Assembly: GCF_009834535.1 (NCBI RefSeq)
Contig: NC_045697.1
Coordinates: 72,790,001 to 72,854,000 of the forward strand
Source of the DNA: Camelus ferus
Taxonomy: Eukaryota
Direction of reading: 5' to 3'
DNA length: 64,000 bases
Every line of letters begins with the position of its first letter. The first letter of the stretch is position 1. Shown piece after piece: positions 24,803 through 38,830 of this stretch. The position numbers and the translations under genes were made by a program. The notes under the pieces were generated by a model, which saw only the letters and a program-made list of their open reading frames with translations, ran no database searches and was not told where the DNA came from.

Positions 24803-27800
24803 TTTTATGTACACAGGATTTTTGCCAAGCTATTTTACAACACAATTACTGACTTTGTTCACAACTATTAGATGTTATTCTCCATTTCTGCTTGGCGCTA
24901 AGGGAAATTATTACAACCTGGTGAGTGTCATTCTTGAATTTTCTTAACTTTTGGCATACTATCAACAATAAGTGGGAACTCAAATTGTTACTGGTAAAAG
25001 TGTTAAGAAATTGTTGTAATTCTCCTGCCTTTGTATTTGATGGGGTAATTTACCAGATACTAATCAGAAGTTTTCTGATGAAATTCTGCATTAACAAAAA
25101 TCAAATTCAAATTCTGAGCTGGCCAACATTGATTTTTCAACATTTATTTTGTGCTTCTGAGGTTTGATACTGAGCTGCTTGGCATTCTCCTGGGTGCTTT
25201 GTAAGAGTGGAGTTCACTTTGAAGTTGATCAGATCTCTGTTTTTAAGAGATTGGCAGGATCTGGAAAAGAGTATGAATTTGTCTGATGGGTCAGAAATGT
25301 CATCATCATGAAGTTGGGAGATGAAATAATGCAGCAGCATACTGAACTTGCTAAAAAAAGAAAAGATATTAGATTGGACTCCATAGTAATCACATTTGCT
25401 TTAATTTTTTCCCGTGCAAGTAATTTCAAAAACACTTTGTTTAGATGCAAAATATTGAAAATTCAATGTTTGTGATTTTTTTTATTTTTGCCTTTTAAGA
25501 AAGATTTTTTTGAGTCATTCAGAGTTCTCTCAGAATAGTTTGTATTTTTCTGCTGCTGATCCAAGTCCAAAGTATCTTAGGATGTTTTGACCATCTGCCT
25601 GGCATTTCTAATGAGTGTTTGCCTGCAAACACTGAAAAGATTCACAGTGAACTTGAACATCAGTGGATAGAGCGAATTTTTGAGGCAAATCTTTCTGAAC
25701 TCTGAAAATATGAAAACACTGGCATAGTTTTATTTAAAATGACTCCTACGAAAGCTTATTTCCATGTGTGTTATTCTACAATTCATACTGTCAAAATTCA
25801 GATGAAAGGACTAAAATCTTAACTCTTTCATTCTTTCATTTTGTACTCATTTATTCTATTATTATTTCTTTTCAAATTTTTGAACTTAAAATAGTCTGCT
25901 TTATAAGATCTTGGTTTATGAGTCATGAGTACTGAGGAAATAATTTCAATTTTCCCTAAAAAAGTATTAAAAGAGATTGGACCTCGGGTATTTCTGTCAT
26001 GCGGGAAGAATGATACTTAGCGAGCACAGCAACATCAAAAACAAAAACAAAAACAAACAAACAAAGCAGATGATTGGAGCGATATTTTTCCTTTGAAGTT
26101 CTAGTAAATCATACTGAATTTCCCTAGCATGTGTGGAGGCCAGGAGTTATGTTTTTCAAATGTATTAGTGTATTTTGGTGATGGCTGACTGCACTGAATT
26201 TGAGGGCCAAACTCACACTCCTATTCTACAGCTGAATACAGCCCCATGTACCTAAAACATTCATTGGTGCTAGACTCACAGTTATTGATAAGCTAAGAAA
26301 AAGACATGTTTGCTTTAAAATATTAGGCTTTTTCTTGACTTTCACATTGTATGATAAGCATTTCCGTTTTTTGGAATGAACACTTAAAATCATTATATGC
26401 ATGATTCGGTACCAAGTGAGAACACATTTGCTTGTCTAAAGCACGCATGCAAGGCGCAGTGACTTTACTGAGCTGTTTGTAGCAACTCAGTAATGACCAC
26501 TTACTATTTCAGCATTCGGCTTTAAATTTAAGTCTTTGAAATGCTTACATACAGTAAACTCTATGTGTCTACGCACTTGTATGTGTCTGTGTTTATGTGT
26601 GTCTATTTATTGGTATAATCAGAAGAAATTCAACTTACACATATATGATAGGGGTTGTTTAGACTTTTAATGTTTTAGATATTTCTGGCTTTGGGTCCAA
26701 GATAGTGGGGAGGATTGGAAAACTTAACATTGTGGCATCAATAGGCCACGATATTCTCTTGAAATAATTGCTTTTATCTTGTTCTTAAAAAACTAGTGAG
26801 TTCTATATTGGTGGAGGCATAACATTCCAGTAGTGTTAGAGATCATTATTTTACCTGGATAGCTTTAAAAATCTAACTGAATATTTTAAAGGAGAAGTTT
26901 GTGCTGCACATCTACATTCTCAGAAGGCTTCCTGCACAAGAAGAGCAGGACTGATGGTATCTCTAATTCAAGAAGAAAAGATGATTTACAAGCACTGAAA
27001 TCTGGAAGATAAATTCAACGCTTAATGGTGTACCTTGTTTTGTCATGGCTCTCAGAAATGTGTTAGTATATTTTTTTCTTGTAATAAAACAGATGCTTCT
27101 TTAGGACCATTAGCTCATTTCTTTCTAGGGGAACTTCTAAATTATCTAAGCAGACAAGAGGAAAGCTCTCTCTGTGGAAAGGTGTGTGTTGTACTCTGGT
27201 TTGCCTGGCATTAGTTGTCATGTATCCAAATATTGCCCTGCTTCCTATTCTAACAGTCGATTCAACTTTCTACATCTTTCTTGATTTACCTGTATGTCAT
27301 ACTAGTATATATAAGTAGTACATAGACTTTTTAAGGATTTGCATATGAACATATTTTCTGATACTTTTCCCTGGTCCTTACACTTTTTTTCAGTGGGGAA
27401 AGAGGACAGACTAAGGGCACTGTACTGTCGTTAAGTTGATATTCACCTTAAACTTTTTCCTTGAGTTATGGAGGAAAAAAACTTTTTTCTTTAGAACTAG
27501 TAGATGCTCTTGTCTGCCATCATAACTGAATTACTGTCTTTAATTCTTGCCTAAAAATTGGTAGCTAGTTTCAGAGATAAATGGGATTCTTCCCTTCTTC
27601 CTTAGGAAGCATCTTTAGTGTTTTATAATCTACCTATTTTTTAAAAATTAAAAGTATTTGTGAAAAATAAAGTAAAGAGGATCATAGGGATTTGCTTTGA
27701 CTATTTCTTAGCTTGACACCCTAAAATATGTAATGGTCAAAAAGCACATGATTACTTCTTGTCTTTTGAAGCCACTTTCCCAGAAAAAAATAATAAAAAG

Positions 27801-28239
27801 AATGACATGTACAGCTGCCTAATAATTTGCTTAGGTTTCTTTTTCAGTTATATTTCATGGAGAAAATCTTTAGATCTTTAAAATTTTTTATTCCACAGAA
27901 TGAGTTCTTCTGTGGAAAGATTTTTATTAAATCTTACTTTTGGAGGTTAATTTTCCATCATTCTAGTGATAAAATTAATCATATAACTTTTTCCTGTTTT
28001 ACAGCTGAAGATGAAAAAGTTTAATTTTATATAGGCTTCATTTTTATTCACTTTTATTATATTTTAAAGCTTTTAAAACTTGTTTAATCTTTTGGAAAAA
28101 TTGTGTGTCACTTTAGCGTCACAAATGTATACTGCAATTTTTAAGTGAGAAAAATGGAACACTTTACAAGAATTTTCAGATACATTTTTCTGTTACATAT
28201 AATAATTTAGAGTTTTCAAAGAGTAAATTTAAAGCCCCC

Positions 28240-28245
28240 TTTATT
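28240..28245 (-). terminator. Candidate proximal polyadenylation signal AATAAA (in hairpin)
   Basis: ~195 nt after the stop codon; minus strand GCCCCCTCAAAAATAAAGGGGGC. Confidence 0.4.
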
Positions 28246-28438
28246 TTTGAGGGGGCAAATATCTTAATACTGTCTTTGTTACATTTATATGCTACCTTTC
28301 TCATCTGAAACAGCTACCAAGAAATTGCCCTTCTGTTTCCAGAGAGTATTCAGGACAGAGTAGTAAGCAGTCAGGGGCATGCGGGCCTGTGGTGGCACCG
28401 TGGTGGTGTCATACTACTGTTTCAGCTCAGGAATGGAT

Positions 28439-28751
28439 TTAGGAATATTCATCCACAGAGGTGTGGGGTGAGCTTATGAAACTTGAAGTGGTGGAGGCAG
28501 ATTTGGAATTCCTGCGGGAGCAGCCATGGGAGCTTGGGTCTCTTGGAGTCACTCTCTTCTTCCGACTGGATTTGGCGTTGTCCACCTCACTGGGGTCACA
28601 CACCACCGTCATGGACTCCATCCTGGTCACAGTGTACAGGCTGCTTTGCCGAGTCGGGTGAAACCTGGTGGTCTTGAGCTCCAGCTCATCATAGCTAGAA
28701 ACTTTGATGAAAGGACACCAGCGAAATGCTCTCTTGAAGCCAGCTCGAAAT
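28439..28751 (-). CDS. TACR3: TACR3 terminal exon 5, coding part (helix 8 and C-terminal tail) to stop TAA
   Basis: Acceptor ttctccttAG|A completes the split Arg codon (AG+A). Reads [103 protein letters not shown]; 313 nt, in frame with exon 4. Confidence 0.98.
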
Positions 28752-30634
<1,883 letters not shown>

Positions 30635-33600
30635 TTATTACGTATATATTAGTTCTAATAGCTTACTGCAAATCATGTTTTTCTGCCAATACAGTTAAAT
30701 ACATAGCATTCCTGAGGAATAGTCAAAATATTAAAAAAAAATGGTGAGATAATACAGGGACAGTTACCTAAGGTAAATTTCAAGAAAGCATGTTTGTGTC
30801 ACCTAGTGAATAGGTGGCACTAACTCAAACGGAAACAAATATATTTCAATTGGCCTCAAGAAAATAAGTGTTTACAAAACACCAAAGAACCTGAGGGAGA
30901 AGGAAGCAAGAGTTAGGATTGGGCTGTGCTAGCCTACACAGTAAAATAGCGAAGACAATGTATCTAGAGAAACTGAATTTTATATCTAGTCATTATATCT
31001 GGAGAAACTGACCCAGCTCTGTGATTGTTGAGTCACAGTGCGGTACATGAGGCCATAATGGCTGGGCAGGTTCCTAAGTATTTATTATAGCCTGAGTATA
31101 GCTTATGATTGTTCAGATGTCTTTAATACCATGCTCTCTAGACAAACTTCTGAATTTTAACTTGGTTTCTTTTGTAATCTGATATTGGGAAAGGTTTCTC
31201 TGGATAGTGATAAAGAATATTCACATTAGTCTGAGGAAATATCACTAACTTCAAGTTTATAAATAGGCAATTGGCTTATACAACTGATTTATATATCAAT
31301 TTCTGTGAGTTTGGTTAACATGGCTCATTTCCTCTATTTTCACACTTCTGAACCACAAATCCTGGAAGGCCATAGCCAAAGTAGAATGTCAATCTCTATT
31401 TCTTCTCCACTAGTCTTTAAATTTTTTAAAGGCATAGATAATGTCTTAACTGTCTTAATATTCCCAGCATCTAGTGCAATCCTTAGTATATTGCTGAAAG
31501 TAGATAATTAGATATAAAGTGAATGAATAATGAACGATGATGTATAATTTGTAACAGGAAGTTGAATAGGAGGATTTTTTTTGTCTCTAATGAGATAAAA
31601 TTTGTTCCATTGTTTGTATCTATAAGAAAGGTAGACACAAAGATACTGAATACTGAGCAGCTTGACTTTCTAAGTAAAAGGAAATAATAATAATATTCTA
31701 GAATAATCTCATTTAATATTTCTCATTACCAGTCTGTCCAGTAAATTTGTTCATACTTCTTTTGGTAATTTGGAAATAGGAAAAAGTTTAGAATAATATG
31801 TATTAAACGAAATGATTTTGAGGCTTACGGTCACGTTTGAACACAAATCAGAGTAAGTCCTGGCATAAATGGCCTATGTGGCTTCTGAGAACTGTGAAAA
31901 TACGTTACTTAAGTCCTGGACTCATCATTTGATTGCAAATTGGGATTTAAATGAAAGTTATGAAGGTTAAAAATCATGAGAGACATGATTTTAGAAATAG
32001 ACAAAGCATGAAATGGATCAATGTATAAGGCAAAGCTTTCCTAAGGGTCTAATCAAGGTAACATCCAAGTATCTAGTATGAGCTGATGGAAATTGGCTAT
32101 CAGAGCTGAAAATCCAGGTCAATAGCTCACAGAATGTCATCACTGGCCACATCATGCAAAGTGTTTTGATTTTCTCATTGTTACTTGCATTTTTTTTCTG
32201 AAGAACTGTATTCAGAATCCTGCATTTTAGCTCTCCTATTTTTCATCCATATATTTGTAAAATACAATTAAGGGCCATATTTTATTATAATTTACATTAA
32301 TATTGTGTTTCACACTCCTAACAACTTATTAATTGGTTTTTAATTGCACTTTATGAAACTGAGGCAAAGGCCAAAGAGTTGACCATTACAATTCATGGAA
32401 TGTAAGTTAGAGTCTTTAAAACTCAGACTCTTAAGTCTGTTTTTCCTGCTTACAACTAATAACATTTATTGAATGTCTGTTGGGTCTAGAAAACAGAATA
32501 GAGAAAATTCATGAGTAGAAGACCGATTCTTTATCCTGAAAAGATTGCAATATAATGGAAAAAATGTAGATTAAAAATGCATGGAAATATGGTAAACATA
32601 CGCATATGTAAATAAAATTGAAAATAATATTTATGAGAACTTACTAGTTTATTATAGGCAGGAATGACTCAATGCATGTTAACTGTAGGCTCACAGAATA
32701 TTAGACTGAATGACATGGATTTGATTGACATTTTCACATTTGACTATGTGAGCATCATACCATTCCTTGTACATGTTGGACAAACTCCTGTGCAAGATCA
32801 TCCCCCTCGGCTCCTCCCTCTGGGACACGCCTCCAGCTGTTATTCTTGCTGGCTAACAGCCTCATCTCCTTCCAGCTGTTACACAGTTGTCACTTTTTCT
32901 GAGAATCCTATTCTGACCAACCTATTTAAAATTGCAGTCCGTCCTTCTAGCACTCCCCAGACTCCTAGCTTTTTCTTTATTTTCAGTTTATTTGTTATGT
33001 CTGTTTTTCACTTTGTGTCTCCTTTTGCTAAAATACAAAAGGGCAAGAATTTCCTGCTTGTTTTGTTTGCTGAGGTATTTCAGACATATAGACTGGATTT
33101 CACAATCGGTTTTCAAGTTTTTTAGAAATAAATAAAAGTGAATACAAAAAGAAAGAAACTAAAAGACATGTAGTTGGTTAATCAGTGTTCATAATTTTAC
33201 TCTGTCATTAATTACTGGGTCATTTGTCCTCCAACTTCAAAATGAGCCTGTGTATATATAAAATGAGATATTTCCCTTTTCTAGGCGAACAAATTCAGGT
33301 AAAGAGAATGAATGTACAATATAACCAGTGTAGTATCTTGGATGCATGAAAGCATTGCATTTTATTCTGAACAAATGTTAAGGGCAAGAAAAAACATTTA
33401 TGACAATGTGAACATGGTTCAGGCTACTATGTTAAATATAGTATCAGCAAATGTACATAAAAGCTTATTTGAATGCTTTTATACAGACTGATCACAAACT
33501 CCCTTTATATGAAATTGTTTTTCAACAATAGCTGAAGAGCTACAAAGGCTATCAGAGTCTTTTAAAGTGACTTGCAACCATCAGTGTGGAAGAATTCCAG

Positions 33601-35342
33601 AACGTGGGAAAATTAAAGTGCATATGGAGAATTAAATGAAAATGCATCTGAAATGGAGATATCAGATAACTTATAATTCACATATATATCCTTAAAGACC
33701 CTATTGCAAAACATTTAGAAACTTGTTTGAAAATTTTTAGGAAGAATCTAAAAGAACCTAAAAGAAAGAATCTTTTGCAGTGAAACAACTGATATAATAT
33801 ATTTTATCTATTTATTGCTATAAAATAGGTTTTAACCATTACCTTGGGTTTCTGCTCACAAAATCTTGTGCAGTGATTTCAGACATCAAATTCTCAGCCC
33901 ACCAGGTTTGACGTAAATGCAAAAGCAGGCTCTTGGGTGGGCAACATTGCCTTGCTTTGTGAAATGCTGGAATCATGAAATTGTAATCATGCTTTTTTCT
34001 CATAAAAAGGCAAGGGAATGAAGCACAAATCTTGAGCAATGATAGATGTGCAGCTGCTCTGTTCCCTTGTGTCTCATGACTGGACCATGGCACTGACACA
34101 GAAAGGCTATAAATGCTGAGCAGGAAAATTGGTAGACTTCCTGAAACTCCTGCTATTTTTTAGGCAAGATAAGAGACTGAGATAGAGATGATTCAAATCT
34201 TTCACCATGTCTTAACAAACTTTATTGTAAATTGATTGAAGTTGGGTGTTTCTTGAAGCTGAAAGACATATCCAGCTTCTGAAACAATGGGATTTACTTC
34301 CCATGACATGGACAGTTGTGGACACCCATTGTCCTTGGCACGGGAAATTACTAGCAGGAGGAAGAAGGGAGGTGGGACAAGGGAGGTAGCTCTTGCACAA
34401 CATAGTCTCTTTTTAATAGTTTAGAATCCACTTTACTCACGTAGGCAGGATTGAAATGCGTGTCATACATCAGTGAGAATAACCTTTGGGCACGTTTTCT
34501 TCATGTATCAAAGGGAAAAAGCCTCCCTGCATAGATGAGACTGGGATGCCTGCTGCAGCCGTTCTTATCTAGCACATTAAATTGATGCAGGATGGGTGCT
34601 TTTGAGGTTTTAGGTTGTGAAAGAAAAAGAGTCAGCAGAGGAAATTAAATACTATATTACTGATCCTAAAAAAATCTAGGAATTATATTCTTTAGGGAAA
34701 AATTTATTCTTTTTAAATGCCTGACCTTGAAATGATTAATTCTAAGTGAGACGAAACTTCTTGTTTTGATTGAAACTTCCTCAGAGCATGTTTTGGAGAA
34801 CCAACCATGGTCCACACCTTACCACTTCTCTATACCTTTTGTCTACACAAATATTCTTAAAGGACATTATATCTCTTTAAGTCAGAGTTACAATCCTGCT
34901 TATTCTAACTTCCCATTAGCAAATTCAAATAATGGGAAAAAAATTAATGACAAGCATCAGAATCTAAAGTACTACTTTTAGAACTATTTAGATTGGGCTT
35001 TTGCTGCTTCAGAAATCATGCTAAAAAATTTCAATCCCAAGTGAGAAAATAAGAACTAAGCAGTAGCACTTGTGAAAAAAGTGCAGGATGGTCCAGAAGA
35101 TGAGTTGAATTTTGCCAGTAATTTCAGAATTAGATGAAAATATAGGCATATTGTGTTAGTGTCATCCAAGGAGTTTGACACTGTTGCCAAATCCAACTAG
35201 CATGTCTATCCAATTAACATTAGCTTAGAGCAATGCCTATAAGAAATTATGTGAAGGCCAAACAAATGAAGAAAACCCTGTGAATGTGCATGCAGATATG
35301 GGAAATATTTCTCTCTGTGTATGTACGCAGTATTGCGTTAGT

Positions 35343-35560
35343 TTTATTGAAGGAAAAGTTGATTTACAATATTGTGTTAGTTTCAGGTATAAAGCAAAGT
35401 GAATCAGTTATACATACATATGTATATATATTTTTCAGATTCTTTTCCATTATAGGTTATTACAAGGTGTTGAATATAGTTCCTTGTGCTATACAGTAGG
35501 TCCTTGTTGTTCATCAATTTTATGTATAGTAGTGTGTATCTCAAACTCCTGATTCCTCCC
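35343..35560 (-). mobile_element. L1 3' terminus (cetartiodactyl-type)
   Basis: ttattga...gttgatttacaatattgtgttagtttcaggt...ttttccattataggttattacaag...gaatatagttcc.tgtgctatacagtaggtcc. Confidence 0.8.
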
Positions 35561-35818
35561 TTGGTATTGTGTTTGGATTCTACTTATTTACATTTCATTG
35601 CTCATGTTTCATTTTTAATGTGATTTCATTTTTCCATTGGAAACTTAGAATTTGAAAGTATTATAAGAATTCAGGTTTACAGTGATCTGAAGCCAAAAAA
35701 AAGAATTCAGCCACAAAAACGAAAGCAAGATAACATTAGAAAAGGAAGCACATTAAGGCAAGAGGAATAAAGACTTATGTTATGGGATCATGATTAGTGA
35801 TAAAACCTTATAGAGGCT

Positions 35819-37396
35819 TGTTATGGATTGAATTGGGTTCCCTACACCCATTTTTTTGTTGTTGTTTACAAGTCCTTTTTATTTAATAAGATTTTTTCTA
35901 GATTTATTGAGGTATAGTTAGCATATAACATTGTGCAAGTTTACAGTGTACAATATGATGATTTAATACATGTAAATATTGTGAGGTGATTACCACAATA
36001 GGGTTAGTTAACATCTCTGTTACGTCACATAATTACTTTGTGTGTGTGTGTGAGAGCATTTAAGATCTATTCTCTTAACAACTTTCAAGTATATGATACA
36101 ACATCGTTAACTATAGCCATCATACTGTACATTAGATCTCTATGCTGTACTTAACTTATAACTTGGCCAGTTGGGGGACACACAGGTGAGGCACCCCCTG
36201 TGGCTTGTGAGCTGACTTCCTGATGGAGCCTAGGATGTGTTAGTAGGATCTGAGTCCCTTTGATATGTTCAGTTTGGAGCCCTGCCTGCTGTTCTCCTAG
36301 CTGCTCATTGCCCCCTAGTTGTGCAGCTCACCACAGTCCTCTGGATGGAGGGAGAGAGAGGAGGCCCCATTGGCAGGGCCCCACACCGCTGAGGAACTGG
36401 GCACTCACCCCATCACATGCTCTTATTACCCACCAAGGAGAAATCACACATGAGAAGGCCATCCTGGTACTGAGCTGTGTTGCCTTGTGGCGAGGGGTGA
36501 CGTGTAAAGTCAGTTTGTTCCTCTTACTCTTTCCGGTGCATCCAGTCTCAGATTTATTGGCTCCAGTGATGTGCTACAATTGCTCTGCTGGACTCTTGGA
36601 CTTCCACAAAGGCCCTCTGGTCTGTGGGTGATTGTCTAAATCAGTTAGTTCACGGGGCTTTGGTTTGTGGCTGAGGGAGGGCGGAGCTGGTTCACGGGTT
36701 CACAGCAAGACCAAGGTCTGTGTCTTTCACCTGACTCTGGGTGGGCAAGGCCCTTCCCAGATGTGGTGCTGGTGACATAGCCAAAGCCAGATGAGGCCAT
36801 AGCCACGTCCTCGGAAGTACGGGGCTGTTTCTGGGTGTATAGCCGGAGCCATGGTAGGCAAGTCACCAGGGAGCAGGCCTGTCTTCTCAAAGTGACTCTC
36901 CTCGTTCTTGGACTGTTTCACAGTCTCCTGCCTGCATCCTCCAGCTCCCACAAAGGGACTTTGCCCATGGATGGATGTCAGATTGTTGTTGTTGAGTGGG
37001 GATATGACGAGGGACATCTTGTTCCGCCATCCTCCTGATGTCACTCTTCCAAATTCATATTGAAGTCCCCAGTACCTCAGCATTTGACTGTAAGTGGAGA
37101 TGGAGTCTTTGAAGAGGTTAATTAAGCTGAAATGAGGTTGTTAGAGGGGACTAAACCAAAATGTTTGGTGTTCTTAAATGAAGATGTGATTAGGATAAGA
37201 CACACAGAGGGACGATCATGTGAATTCAGAGGGTTACAGCCATGTGCAAATGTAGCAGTGAGACCTTCTAAGAAATCAACCCTGCATGACACCTTGAACT
37301 CAGACATCCAGCCTCCAGAATTGTGAGAAAATATTTCTGTTGTTTAAATGACCAGTCTATGGTATTTTGTTATGGCCTCCTGAGCAGATTAGTACA
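35819..37396 (+). mobile_element. MLT1A/B MaLR LTR split into 35819-35850 and ~37049-37396 by an L1-derived insert
   Basis: Start TGTTATGGATTGAATTG; resumes ccaaattcatattgaagtccccagtacctcag...gacaccttgaactcagacatccagcctccagaattgtgagaaaat...tattttgttatggc...agtaCA. Confidence 0.85.
35851..37048 (-). mobile_element. ORF-less L1 derivative: L1 5' end/5'UTR (~36162-37048) fused to L1MA-type 3' end and A tail (35851-36161)
   Basis: Minus strand begins AAGAGTGACATCAGGAGGATGGCGGAAC (L1 5' start with YY1-like motif). GC-rich UTR, then TTATAAG...GATCTAATGTACAG...CTCAATAAATCTAGAAAAAA and tail. Confidence 0.75.
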
Positions 37397-38624
37397 ATGT
37401 TTGAAATGCTGAGGACAGAATATTATATGGTTTCATTCCAGCAAAGTAGGAGACCAAATAGATTTCCAGAAAGGTTTGGATTGCCTGAGAATTACTTTCG
37501 GCGATGTCAAGGACAGACCAGGATCTCTTTTTCCATGAGTTGAGCCTCCCTTAGGTTATATGTGGTCTTCCTCACAAGCACTGTTTTCCGTGATAATTCC
37601 TTTGCAACAGAAATGACAAGCACACAGAAAGCTCACTTGCTAGGCAAGGTGATAGATTCTTCATGGTTGTATTACAAGTCAGAAATCCAATTGAATCTGT
37701 CACTTTAGCTTAGACTGAAGAGTTGTTCCTTTGATTAAGGCAGAAACTTCTTTGTTATCACACTTAGGTATTCACTTCTGAGGAAGCAGAGCTGGCTTGT
37801 TAGTATTTAGAGGAAGATAATTAAAATAGAAAATAGCCAGAAAAACTTCTATTGTTTTTAAAACAACAGAAGTAGATTTATTTACCATTATTTCAGGTAT
37901 TCAAATAAATAAGAGCAATTTCAACAAGAATTAAAAAAATAGTCACAAATTATGAATATTGGGACCAAGTGATGTTTTTGAGGCTTCTGTTATAGTAGAA
38001 TAGGGAGGAATGTCAAAATATGGTTAAAAATGTGGTTTACTTTAAAGGTATACATCTAGCAAATAACACAAAAATGTAATAAAGCTATAGTATTTGCAAC
38101 ATATAGACAAAATATATAAAAGTACCATTCATAGTGGACTACAAGATGGTAGTCTGGTAATGGGACTGGAATTTGGAATTTTTTAATCATTATCTTCTGC
38201 TCTTACTTGTGGAGATGGGCTGGGCTGTTACACTGTAACTGGAGAGCAATAGAGAACTCATTCCTGACTCTACATTTCAAATTTCTCTCTCATAAATTCT
38301 AGAAGGTATAGCAGTGTTTTCAAATTTCTCATTCTGTGCCCTACGTAAGGACTTTCTCATCCTGCTTTTCAAAACTTGTATTTCCTTATCTTCCTCTTTA
38401 CTACCTTCCTGTGCCAGTTTCTGTTGTTACAGGTTCTTGCTATATAAAGCAGTGCATAGCTTACTGGAGGGACACACTCAGCCAGGTAGTTCTCATAGTC
38501 ATTTTGAAATCATCAAAGGAAAATCAAGCTGAGAAGTACATTGTCCTTTGAGAGAAGCAAAGCCAGTGGATACATTTGAGGGAAGCATTGGTGGACAAGT
38601 CAGTGGAGTTGTATCCATTTTTGA

Positions 38625-38830
38625 TTCTAGTAATAGGCTTAGTGCTTTATATATTCATTAGAAAACCTTTCAAATATATGAATTTATTTAATCTCCATGA
38701 TAAACCTTTGACCATATAGTTTCTCCATTTCGTCGATGGGAGACTTAAAACAAAGGAGGTTAAGTGGTTTATTAAGATCTCAAAGGCAGGTTCAGAGATA
38801 GGATTACTGGACCTCTTAATTCTTCATTAG
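38625..38830 (-). mobile_element. MIR SINE
   Basis: atttaatctccatgataaacc...ctccatttcgtcgatgggagact...ggaggttaagtgg. Confidence 0.55.

Larger units (their letters stand above)
24775..28438 (-). other. TACR3: Putative long TACR3 3' UTR (extent inferred)
   Basis: Repeat-poor AT-rich stretch after the stop codon, ending at an AATAAA (24797-24802) with UGUA motifs and downstream GU/U-rich sequence. Proximal AATAAA also at 28240-28245 and 28043-28048. Confidence 0.5.

Noticed and set aside
32664..33125. 153-aa ORF (likewise 44215-44634, 52570-52983, 13564-13938)
   Set aside because: Low-complexity Leu/Phe/Ser-rich translations of L2 or pyrimidine-rich DNA; no domains or exon structure.
36260..37083. 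Several 67-123 aa ORFs, including ones antisense to the L1 5'UTR (ORF0-like idea)
   Set aside because: Expected in GC-rich UTR; mostly non-ATG starts; no recognisable similarity to L1 ORF0 or ORF1.
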